Positions 13,316-26,283 of a stretch of 64,000 bases of DNA are shown one piece after another; position 1 is the stretch's first letter, and every line of letters starts with the position of its first letter. Under the pieces are notes generated by a model. The model saw only the letters and a list, made by a program, of their open reading frames with translations. It made no database searches and had not been told where the DNA came from. This DNA is from Octopus bimaculoides (taxonomy: Eukaryota): positions 2,289,058 through 2,353,057 of the forward strand of contig NC_069004.1 of NCBI RefSeq assembly GCF_001194135.2, read 5' to 3'. A program made the position numbers and the translations under genes.

Positions 13316-16300
13316 TAACAATAGCGATTGTTATTGCTTAGTCCTAGGTCAACCCTTGTGGAACAGACCCTTGTCAAGCACATTCCAGCTATGACCATCC
13401 TGTCTTTTCAAGTGGTGTGTATATTGATGTGAAAACACAATCAGCAAGTGCTATTAAACAAAAATATCTCACAGAGTATATTGTCACTGAGTTGCACTGA
13501 TACCTGTCTTCCCATTATGTTTGTAAATGTAGGGATCCAGTGATTGTTTCATTATAAACATGTAAAAACAACAATGCTATCGTTTATGAAATGTGTGTAA
13601 AAAAAAAAAACAACAACAATAATTAAATGGTTTCATCTCTTCTGATCTTCTGTATTTTGGTTGTCCATTATAGATAAAGAACCGGAACCAAAACCCTCCT
13701 GTGAGAAGCAAGCACTGAGACGACCCCACCTGCTACAAAGATCAATATCTGGTATGGATTGTTTTCATTTAAGTTTAGTATTTTAAACCTGGTTTTTTTT
13801 TTGGGGGGGGGGGTTGTTCTTTGCTTGAACCCAGCAAAATTAAATACACCATTTGTACACAGAATAATGGTGATTCTGTTTTTTGGATATTTCACTTCAG
13901 GTCAAGTTGAACAAGTGTTGGTGACGCATTTGAGAAACCCTTCTGACTTCATGGTGCAGAAATGTTCAAACATTCAGAAGTTGAAGACATTGATGAAACA
14001 GATAGAGAATTGGTGTTTGGCTGCATCAGGCATTAAAGACAACTTGTTATTAGATGTAAATCTTGGTAAATCAGTTTTTTTTTTATATGTTATCTTCATG
14101 CTCAGGCATAGCTGTGTGGTTAAGAAGCTTGCTGTGCAACCACATGGTTTATAATAAAGTATATATATATATATATATGTATATATATCATCATCCTAGT
14201 GGTTAGGGTGTTGCACTCCTGATCTAGTGATTGTCGGTTCAATTCCCGAACTAAGCAGTGGATTGTGTTTTCTGGGAAAAGCACTTTTCCACATTGCCCC
14301 AGTCCTCTCAGCTGTAAGTGGGTACAACCCTGCAACGGACTAGACTTCTGATCAGGGGAAATGTTGGCCTTCTCACCTGTCATCATTTGAAAGCTAAAGT
14401 GATGCAAAGTGCATTGTGATCAGCGATATTTAACAACATCTGATAGTCTGGACAATCACATGATATACATACATAAACACACACACACGCAGAGTAGACC
14501 TGAACTTTCGACTTATGAGCAAGTTGAGTTTGTCTTCTGAACTGTCTCCTCTCTGCATGGAGAAATGCAAACCAGTGAAAATAAAGTTGTTGTTAATGGG
14601 AGATAAGTACGCATCTGTTAAAATAGGGGTGACCAAAATGGGGCAATGGATGTGAAAAAAATACCCAACAAAATAAAGGGTTAATTAGGTTGAGTTTTAT
14701 TTGTGAAATAGTTTTGAATTTACTGCAGAAAATGATCTACGTCTGTGATGGTGAGTGGGGGTGAGGGACCACTAGGAATGTGGTCTTAGAACCAAGCGGG
14801 TGGCAGGCCTGAAAAAGTCTATGAACCACTCTGTTAAAACATCACGTATATCAGTGATTCTCAACCGGGTTCCATATGGACCTTAGGGATCATATAACCT
14901 TGGTGGGGGGAGGCCCACTGCAATAAATTGCTTAGACTTCTAAATTACGCAAAATATTTTAACAATTTTTTCATAAAATTCCCAATAATATTCTAAAAAT
15001 ATAATAGCTTCTTTTTGAAACATTGAATGGTTATGAGGGCCCACCTGAGTAAAATAGGGGTCATAGAGGGTCCAGGAGCAAAAAATGGTTAAGAAACACT
15101 GACCTGTATGTTCGCTTTTCAGTTTGTCTGTGGAGCGATAACGACCAGTTTTGGTAGCACCTGTCATTTCTGTTGCATTCTCTATCTTTTCTTTATTCTC
15201 AGACGACTTTGTTTTTGCCCAGTATTCCTTGGACAATAACTGGTACCGTGCACGGGTGAAGAGGGTTGAGACTGTCTTTGATGATACACAGAAGGCTTAT
15301 ATCAAAGTAGTAGAGGTTTTCTATGTTGATTATGGAAATTCAGAGATATTACATATGAACAAGTAAGTACCTGGATGTTACCTGCATTTCACCTGGTTGG
15401 TCGTTCCATTGGCCTTTACATTTACCATCCCAACAGACTTCTATTGTTTTGTATTTTACTTGTTTCAGTTATTGGACAGTGGTCAGGCTCAGGCACCACC
15501 TTGAAGGGTGTAGTTTAACAAAATAACCTCAGTATTTTTTTTTTTCATCAGTTTCTTTTGCTGAACTGCTAAGTTACAGGGACTTAACGAAACCAAAATT
15601 GGTTGACAAGCATTAGGAGGACAAACGCAAAGACACACACACACATACAACAGGACTCCATACAATTTTCATCGACCAAATTCACTCACAAAGCATTGGT
15701 CGACCCAGGGCTATAACAAAAGATGCTTACTCAAGGTGCCACACAGTGGAACTGAACACAGAACCACATGATTGCTCAAAATCTCCCTGAATAAGGGTTG
15801 TTTAAGGATGTCAAATAAAACACCCATGTTTCCAGAGGTGAATTATTCAAAACCAAAAAATATTCCTCTCAACACATGGCTATGATGCTCCCCCACTACT
15901 TCTGCTCGTGATCAGAGATGCACATATCGTCAGCCACCAAGGGACATGCTCAGCTGGTTATGGTTAAGCAACTGACAAACAAATCTGTGGTATTGAACAG
16001 AAAATTTGCTGTAGCCCATCTTTTATATCAAGACAAAACAATGTACATGATAACACTTCCAATTAGTTAAGACCAGAAGCCATGAGAGCCACTGCCTGGT
16101 ACTGCATCAGGGCATTCAATATTTCTTCTGACTCTTTACGATCTGAGTTCAAACTCTACTGAGGTCATCATTGCCTTTCATTCTTTGGAGATCAATAAAA
16201 TAAGTATCAATCAATGTACTAGGATTATGTAATCAACTCAACCCCTCCTCTCAAAATTGCTGCCCTTGTGTCAAAATTTTTATTGTTATTATTATTGTCT

Positions 16301-19300
16301 TCTTTAGGTTATTGCTGCCACCAGTGAAGTTCTTCAAAGAACCAGAATATGCCATCAAATGCTGTCTATCAAGCATCACTTCAGTTTCTCAGGTCTGTCT
16401 GTCTCGTCATCTTATTTTCTTGAGGTCTTATTTCTCCACCTCCACCCACACCTATATAATTAAAACTACTTCACAAGTGATTATAATTATATGGGTGATG
16501 GCGTGGTTATGCGGTTAAGAAATTTTCTTCCCATGCCTTCACTTAGCATGATGTCCTGCCCTTGAGTCTAACTCCAAATCAATCATTATTATTATTATTA
16601 TCATTATTATTATTATTATTATTATTAAGGCTGCAAGCTGGCAGAATCGTTAGCACACCAGGTGAAATGCTTAGCGGTATTTTCTCTGCCACTGTTTTGA
16701 GTTCAAATTCCGTTGAGGTCGACCTTGCCTTTCATCCTTTCAGGGTTGATAAATTAAGTACCAGTCAAGTACTGGGGTCGATGTAATTGACTACCCCTCC
16801 CCACAAATTCCAGGCCTTGTGCCTATAATAAAAAGGATTATTACATTTCATATCTGTTAATTTTTCTCTCTTCTTCTTCTCCAGGATGATGTTTGGTCTG
16901 CTGAGGCCATCAAGGTGTTTGCTACAATAGTTCATTCCAAAATACTGACCATGACCGTAAGTCTCATTCTTTTCTCATTTGTTGTTGTCTGTAGTGTTTA
17001 GTTAGCCCAGCTGGAGCAGAGTAAGGGCACTAATATGAGTTACCTCTGCTTTTCATTCTTTCAACAGGTATTGAAAGAGTTACATGGTGTTTGGTACTGC
17101 AATCTATGCACACCTCCTAACAATCATATTCGAGACGACATCCCCACATTCTTGCAAGATGCTCTGGTGTTCCTTGGCTATGCAAAATATGACACCGGTG
17201 AAACTTCGTTGCTTCTTAAAGGTCAATTTTAGTTTTTTATGTACACAACTTTTATTTATGCATGTAGTAGGCTTAGGTTTGGCTGTGTGATTAAGAAGCT
17301 TGCTTCCTAACCGTGCTGTCTTGGGTTCACTCCTACTGCGTGGCACCTTTGGTAAGCCCAGAGCTGTCCTCTATGATAGCTCTGGGCCTGCAAAAGCCTT
17401 ATGAGTGGGTTCGATAGATGGAAACTGAAAGAAGCCCATCATATGTATATATACACACACACACAAAAAAAGCATGGTACTATTTTATTGATCTATTTTG
17501 CTGAACCGCTAAGTTATGGGACATAACCACACCAACACCGGTTGTCAAGTGGTGGATGGAAGACAAACACAGACACACACACAAATACATACATACATAC
17601 ATATATATATGACAAACACAGGGCTTTAGTTGGCCCGAGGCTATAGCAGCAGACACTTTCTCAAGGTGCCATGCCGTGCAGTGGGATTGAACCCAGAGCC
17701 ATGTGGCTTGCAAGGAAACTTCTTACTACACCTGTGCCTATATTTATTCACATTGTTTTGAATTCATCATCATCATCAGCATCATTTAACATCCGTTTTC
17801 CATGCTGGCAATGGTTAGACAGTTTGACAGGAGCTGGTCACCATGGTTCCTGCAGCTTGATGCCCTTCCTAATGCCAACCACTTTAGAGAGGGTACTGGG
17901 TGCTTTTTACGTGGCACCAGCACCTATGAACCCACATGATTAGGGATGCTCAACTGGAGAGAGTTGCAGGGGACGAGCCTGTAAGCAAGAGCAACCATGC
18001 TTTTACTTAGCTTTTGAGGTTACTTTAGTAATTTCAACATTTCGTTGATGTTATTGCTTATTTTTTGAATGACATTGTAGGTTATGTGTGAGAAGTCAGA
18101 TTTGGTCAGTTTGAACATAAGCAAGAATTTTTGGATTTGGATATGGCTGGTTTAAATGCTAAAAGGTTAAACACTTGTCTTTTTGGTTTGGTATCCAAGA
18201 TGGATAATCTGATGAAATCATTTCTCTTTGTGTTTCCCAGATGTAACAAGTCGTGATTACCCTTCCGCTGAACCGAGATACGTTTCAGAGACGCTTGAAG
18301 TGATGGTCACTCATGCAGAAAGTCCTCTGCATTTCTACATTCAAAAAGTAAGTAAAATATCTTTTTCGTTTTTAAACTAATCTCAGATCAATTAGCAGTA
18401 ATTTTACAAGGTTTTTGTTATGTTTCATTTATACTGATCACCTCCTGAATCAGTAAGATTCTACATAGGCCCTGGGTTTATCTCTAACTTCCATAGGACC
18501 TGTAGATAACATTTTCGTATTGGCCCATACTATGCTCTGAAATGACTGTTGGTGTTTTGACACCTTTTGCCAAAAGCAAGAATTTTCTGCATGGTAAACC
18601 AGTGAAAATGGCCCTTTGAACCTATTTGAACTGATCTAAAAGTTTGTTTATAAATTCTTTGCTGTGGCTGGTTATGTTCTCCATTCTCAGCTGAAACACT
18701 AGTAAAGTTGATTTCACCTTTTAACCTTGTCGTGTCAATAGACATCAGTGAAATGCTCAGATTGATTGAATCACCATTGATTAAACCCTCGTTCTCTCCT
18801 TCCTCTACAATGTGAAGCTGATTGTAAGAAATCTTTTGTTATGTTTCATTCTCCACTTTAGATGGGCATTGAATACCAATACTTGGCTGTGTCTATGGAA
18901 GACATGCAGACTGTTTACCAAGCAGACACCAAAGATCTCTGGGTGATTTACTGTCCAGTTAAAGGTAACTGTTCTTTTTAACATCCATTCTTCCTGTATC
19001 GACATAAGCTGGATAACAGTAGATTTAGACATTATTTAATTTTGAGGATGCTAAAGGAAGCAGTCTTTGGGTTTTCTGTAATTCTAGACAGCGTTGAAAG
19101 TAAAAGGCTTCCTGGAAGCCTCTGCAATTCTATAAATTGTCTCCTTTGACATGGAGCTGGCTAGGAGGGAGCTGTCCGGACTCCAACTGTCTATTGAGGC
19201 ATGGTCTCTATGGCTGGATGCCCTTCCTAATGCCAACCACTTTACAGAGTGTGTTGGGTAAGATGGCAGAATCATTAGCAGACCAGGCAAAACGATTAGC

Positions 19301-22300
19301 AGCATTTTGTCCATCTAGACATTCTGAGTTCAAATTCCACCAAGGTTGACTTTGCCTTTCATCCTTCCGAGGTCGATGAAAGAAATACCTGTTGAGTGCT
19401 GGGGGTCAGTGTGATTGACTTACCCCAAAGTCTTCCAAACTTGCTGGCCTTGTGCCAAAATTTGAAATCTTTATTATTATTATTACTATTTACAGATGGT
19501 GGTGGGTAGCCAAGTTGATAAAAGGTTCGACAAAAGACCTGTTATTTAGTTATTTATTTCCTATTCTGAGTTCACATCCTACTGGGACAGTATTGCCTTT
19601 CATTTCTCAAGGGTCAATAAAATCAAATACCAATCAAGTACTTCAATTGATGATTCTCAAATGTCCTTCTTTTTCCCCAACAAATTTGTGACTTTATCTC
19701 TCTCTTTCTCTCTCTCTCTCTCCCTCTCTCTTTCTCTCTTTCTCTCTCTCTCCCTCTCTCTTTCTCTCTCTCTCCCTCTCTCTCTCTGTCTCTTACTCAT
19801 GTTTTTACTTTCTATTCAGACCTGGTGTGTGCTTGTCAATGTCCTAGCGATAACATGTGGTACCGAGCCAAAGTTATTGATGTACCAGGTGAACAAATGG
19901 TCAATGTTTGTTATGTAGACTATGGAAATACAGAGATAGTCTCGTACAGAAATCTCCGCAAGTTACTGGATAAGTTTATTATGTTACCCATTCAGGTAAG
20001 AGAGAACTCCTGTCACGTTCATCTTTCTCATATTGTTATTAATATTACTATCATATTTTACAGCTACTTTATTTTATATCTTAATTTGTTAATAATAATA
20101 ATAACATGGTAACAGGAAAAACATCTGGTTATGGAAAATATACTTCATGAAACTGGAGTTAAATGTTGGTCCTTAAAAGTTTCACAAGACCCGTATTGGC
20201 TTTTACATTTTTATACTTGGTCCCTGATGTCTCAAAATCTCTTCCTCTCATTTTCAATGATTCATTTTATTTATTTTTTTTTTTCTTTGAAGGCGAAACT
20301 TTGTAAATTGGCGTATGTAGAACCACTGGATTCCAAGGAAGACTGGACCATGGTAATGCATTTCTTGTCTGCCTTTTTTCTTCATACATACATACATATC
20401 CCTACATTATACATATATCCACACATACACACACACATAAGGACAATTACCCCTGAGGACAACAGATGATGATTTAAAACTTAATATATTGCAGATGGGG
20501 TAATTAAGGCAGTTAGCAGGCAGAACCATTAGCATGCCAGGCAAAATGCTAAGCAGCATTTTGTCTGCCTTAATGTTCTAAGTTCAAATTGCACCGAGAT
20601 CGTCTTTGTCTTTCATCTTTTCGGGGACACTAAAATAAGTATCAGTTGAATGCTGGGGTCGATATATTCGACTACCCTGCTTCCCTCCAAATTCCAGGCC
20701 TTGCAGAATTGTTAATGCATTGGACAATATTTTTAGCAACATTTTTTTCCTGCTTCACATTCTGAATTCAAATACTGCTGAGACCGACTTTGTCTTTCGT
20801 CCTTTCAGGGTTGATAAAATAAGAACCAGTTGAACGCTGGGGTTCATGTAATCAACTTAACCGTCTCCTAAAATTGCTGGCCTTGTGCTAAAATTTGAAA
20901 TCAATATTCTCAAACTTATTTTCATAATGCCAAACTTAACCTGGTTTGCATAGCTGAGTGTACAAACCCCCTCCCCCCACCTGCTAAACATGACACTGGT
21001 CCCTCACAGGGTTAACTTCTCAGCTCTCGCTGGAACTCAAGTTGAGTGGAGTGCAGCAATGTGAAACAAAAGGTTTTGCTCAAGAAAATGTTGACTGCCT
21101 GGTCCAGGAATTGAAACCACAATCTGACAGTCACAAGTCCAACACCCCTAACCACTAGGCCATGTACCTTCACAGTCAGCATGAATCTTTTGCAAAATAA
21201 ACATATAGATGGGATTATTTTGTTAATTTTTTTTTTTGGTGATATTCCAGGGAACCAATTGGTTAGTTGAAAATTTTCTTCTGAAAGAATGTCTTATCAA
21301 AGTTGTTGGTAAGTTGAACGTTGATGTTTCTTAAAAACTAAAATATTGCTTCTCTGTATCCAGTAAAACTAACGATGTAGCAATTAATTCATTCTTGCTT
21401 CTTATTCACCATCATCATCATTTAGCATCCATCTTTCCGTGCTTGCATGGGTCAGACAGAATTTATCGAGGCAGATTTTCTATGGCTGGAGACCCTTCCT
21501 GTCACTCAATACTCAATCAGGGATGATGACATATGGTTAATCAAGGCTAAACAACAGCAAGAAAAGACATATTGGATGATGTTGTGTTAGAAAGACTCTG
21601 CCTAAATAAACACAGAATGGTCACTACTAGATTCCCTTTGGCCAAAGACATTCTGCCCCATGAGAACTGACCTGGAGCTAAACTACATCATCTGCCCCCT
21701 TTTTTTTCCAGGTTTCAGCAATGTTTATTTTCCATACCGGCTTGTCCTTTATAGGTGCCTGTGCTGTATAAACGCACCCAAGCTGCTGTCACAGAAAAAC
21801 ACCCAGCATTAGGAAGGGCATCCAGCCATAGATACCATGTCACAACAGACAATTGGGGTCTGGACAACTCCCCAGCTGACCAGCTCCATGTCAAACCGTC
21901 CAACCCATGCCAGCATGGAAAATGGACACTAAACACTGATGATGATGATGATGTTGTTAAATGATGAATAAAATCACATTTTTGCTTTCTACACCAACAG
22001 CTGTCCATGATTCCTATACAGAAGTGGTTCTACAGCACACAGAGTCGAATTTGATTGTCAACGAAGCTATCGTAGAATTGGGATATGCTAAGAAGTCTGC
22101 AACAGCGTATGTAACCCTTGAAACAGCATTGTTTTTCTTTCCTTTTGCTGTGTTATAAGAATTCATAAACTTTTGAGAGAGCATGGAATAATTCTCTTTC
22201 GGAACAGTGGTTCTTGAAGCACATAAAGCTTTTAAAATAACGTAGTTATTGGTTTGAAAATCCCTTTTGAATAAAAAAAGAGAAAAGGTTGGAGGCAGCC

Positions 22301-23370
22301 TTTGACTTTTTCTATCCAAAAGGATTTGTCTGCTATTTGGGGTTGACTTAGCCTTCCATCCTTTCGGGGTTGATAAAATAAGTACCAGGTGAGTACTGGG
22401 GGCTGGTGTAATCGACTTAGCCCCTCCCCTCAATTGCTGGTCCAGTGCCACAGTTTCAAACCAATATTTGCAGACTGGAATTTATAGCTTTTGTGTTCTT
22501 TCAGATACATTGTTCCAAAAGAAAGAATTCTTTATAACACTATATAGTGACAGGCTGTAACACTGTATATTGGCAGCTTGTAACATTGTAAGAACCGACT
22601 GTAACATTATATAGTGACAGGTGGTGACACTAGTGGCACACTGTAACATTGTATTGTGACAGTCTGTAGCACTATCTGGAAACAAGCTGTAACACAATGT
22701 AGTGATTTATTATCTCTGTCTATTTTAAGTCTAAAAGTCTGTTTATGAGTTCAATTTTTGTCTTCCTCAGACCTGACAAAATTCCTCTAATCTGCCACAG
22801 AAGTTGCGAAAGTCCCAGTATTAATGGATCCTTATCACCTGAACCCTCCATAGAGAAGGTAATGTTTCCTTTTTGTATTTCTTAAGTGAACTGAAATCGG
22901 TAAATTGATTAACAGGAAACGAAACGAAAATACTGCAAAAAATTGACATATTTATTTTTTTAACGATGTACTAGTTTATAACTCCAAACCCAAACCAAAT
23001 GGTTTTAAGTTCAAATCTTGCTACTGGTACCACCATCACAACCACCTTCACCACCACCATTACTACTACTACTACTACACACACTCATGTGTGCATGTTT
23101 GTCTGCAGGCATGGCTGTGTGGTTAAGAAATTCTGTGTGTCCGAGAGCAGGTGTCTTCTGTTATGGCCTCAGGTTAACTAAATGCCTTGGGAGGTGAAAA
23201 CTGTATGGAAGCTCATTGTGTTTGTGAGTGTGGTTTTATATATGTGTGTTGTTATTTTTAGTGAGACAGAAGTTTGCGTGTGTCTATTGGATGAGAAGCA
23301 CATGTATTGTATATATACAGGCGTTTCTAGTGGAAGAGATGGTTTGTGTGTATTTATATAATCTAAGTGG

Positions 23371-23405
<35 letters not shown>

Positions 23406-26249
23406 ATATGTATTGTGGCAAAGAAATATGGCCAGCAAAACTTATTTCTTTACCTTTCAATCCATTTCATTCTTCATTGATCCATCCCTAATCCCACCAA
23501 TTGATAGCTCAATTACTTTTTTCTTTCCTATCAGAAGAATGACAACCTGTCTAGTACCATTCCAGTACAGCCCCCAGTAGACCACAAGAGTCCTCCCATA
23601 ACACTGTCAGAGTCTCAAATAGAAGTTACCATTAGTGTATTCCATAGTTTGTCAGAGTTTTATCTGCACACAGTAGAAAACCACACGAAACTGACGAGGT
23701 GAGTATCAGCTAAAAACATTTCAGTATTGTTACGGATATAATTCAAGAGCTGCACTAAATTGAAAATAGTGGAAGGATCATTGTAATAGGTGCAGGCATG
23801 GCTGTGAGGTTAAGAAGCTCACTTGGCAACTACAGGGTGCTGGGTTCAGTCCCACTGAACAGTACTTTGAGCAAGTGTCTTTTAGGCCAACCAATGTCAC
23901 TGAATGAATTTGGGAGATAGAAACTGTATGGAAGCCCATCATTGTGGGCTTTATGTATGTATGTGCGTGAGGAGCTGTTGAAAAGTTTCTGGCTTTGGGT
24001 AAAAGAAGATACAGGAGGATCAGTTAATTATGATTTTATTCAACATATTCCCTTCTCAGATTCACACACTTATTGCAGGGGTCCTTCAGTTTGACAAAGC
24101 CTTGAAAAAGAACTTGGAAGGTTAGGCCTCCTACCAGGTCTTTCACAATACCCTTAAAGCCAGAAACTTTTTAGCACCCCTTCATAATACTACATGAAGA
24201 AGCTTGCAAAACAGTCATAATCTTAAGGATGCTACATGGTTAAATAAATACACATTCACCTCTCAAACCACCTGACTTTAGGTTTTTACATATATATATT
24301 TATTTATTTACTTCTCTTTGTTGATCAAGTCTGATGGAATCCTTGGAAGAGTATTATAATAATTCCGAGGCTGAACCTGGCGTCACAGGTACAATAGGTG
24401 GTGATTATGCTATTTATTATCCAGTGGAAGGCAAACCATTCAGCTGGTATCGAGCTAGAGTTAACGACATCCTGCACAGCAATTTAATACAGGTAAATAT
24501 AATGTACTTCACACCTTAATAATAATAATAATTGTTTCTGAATTAGGTAAAGGGTCAGCAATTTTTAAGGGAATAGATTAGATGATGCCATCAACACTAG
24601 TTTTGACTGATATTTTATTTTATTGTCCCTGAAAGGATAAACAGTTAAGTTGAATGTGGTTGGGTTTGAACTCAGAACATAAAGAGCAAGGATGTAATAA
24701 TAATAATAGTAATAATAATAATGGTTTCAAATTTTGCCACAAGGACAGCCATTTTGGGAGAGAGGATGAGTCAATTACATTGACTCCGGTGTTCAACTGG
24801 TACTTAATTTATCGACCCTGAAAGGATGAAAGGCAAAGTCGACCGTGGCGGAATTTGAACTCAGAACATAGCGAAGGGTGAAATACCACTAAGCATTTTG
24901 TCCAGCCAGTGTGCTAACGGTTCTGCTCAACTGTTCATATCACAAGTTTATACTAACATAGATTTGATTTGATTTTTGAACTTAAATATTTTTTTTTTTA
25001 ATTATCAAATTAAAAGAATGTCATTGTTTCAACTTCAGGTTTTCTTCGTAGATTTTGGCAACACGGAAATTGTTCAGGTATCGAGCATCCGTATGTTAGC
25101 TACTAATTTTATGGTGAATTCTTCCTATGCCATGAAGTGCCATCTGTCTGGCTACATCTCAGCTGGTGACAAAAAGGAATGGTCACAGACAGCTTGTGAG
25201 TTTGCTATTGAAGAATTAAAAGACAAACGCTATTATGTCGTTAAGAAGGTAGGTTACCAATGCCTTTTTATATACATATACACACATATATATATATATA
25301 TATANNNNNNNNNNNNNNNNNNNNNNNNNNNNNNNNNNNNNNNNNNNNNNNNNNNNNNNNNNNNNNNNNNNNNNNNNNNNNNNNNNNNNNNNNNNNNNNN
25401 NNNNNNNNNNNNNNNNNNNNNNNNNNNNNNNNNNNNNNNNNNNNNNNNNNNNNNNNNNNNNNNNNNNNNNNNNNNNNNNNNNNNNNNNNNNNNNNNNNNN
25501 NNNNNNNNNNNNNNNNNNNNNNNNNNNNNNNNNNNNNNNNNNNNNNNNNNNNNNNNNNNNNNNNNNNNNNNNNNNNNNNNNNNNNNNNNNNNNNNNNNNN
25601 NNNNNNNNNNNNNNNNNNNNNNNNNNNNNNNNNNNNNNNNNNNNNNNNNNNNNNNNNNNNNNNNNNNNNNNNNNNNNNNNNNNNNNNNNNNNNNNNNNNN
25701 NNNNNNNNNNNNNNNNNNNNNNNNNNNNNNNNNNNNNNNNNNNNNNNNNNNNNNNNNNNNNNNNNNNNNNNNNNNNNNNNNNNNNNNNNNNNNNNNNNNN
25801 NNNNNNNNNNNNNNNNNNNNNNNNNNNNNNNNNNNNNNNNNNNNNNNNNNNNNNNNNNNNNNNNNNNNNNNNNNNNNNNNNNNNNNNNNNNNNNNNNNNN
25901 NNNNNNNNNNNNNNNNNNNNNNNNNNNNNNNNNNNNNNNNNNNNNNNNNNNNNNNNNNNNNNNNNNNNNNNNNNNNNNNNNNNNNNNNNNNNNNNNNNNN
26001 NNNNNNNNNNNNNNNNNNNNNNNNNNNNNNNNNNNNNNNNNNNNNNNNNNNNNNNNNNNNNNNNNNNNNNNNNNNNNNNNNNNNNNNNNNNNNNNNNNNN
26101 NNNNNNNNNNNNNNNNNNNNNNNNNNNNNNNNNNNNNNNNNNNNNNNNNNNNNNNNNNNNNNNNNNNNNNNNNNNNNTTTGTCTTTTATGTTGTATGTCT
26201 TTTAATGTAATTTTATGTAAGCCCTTGTAGCCAATGAGCGAACTAATTA

Positions 26250-26283
<34 letters not shown>

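Noticed and set aside
22533-22705. Regularly spaced short repeats superficially like a CRISPR array (also 26940-27365)
   Set aside because: Degenerate head-to-tail minisatellites with no unique spacers, in a eukaryotic intron with no cas genes.
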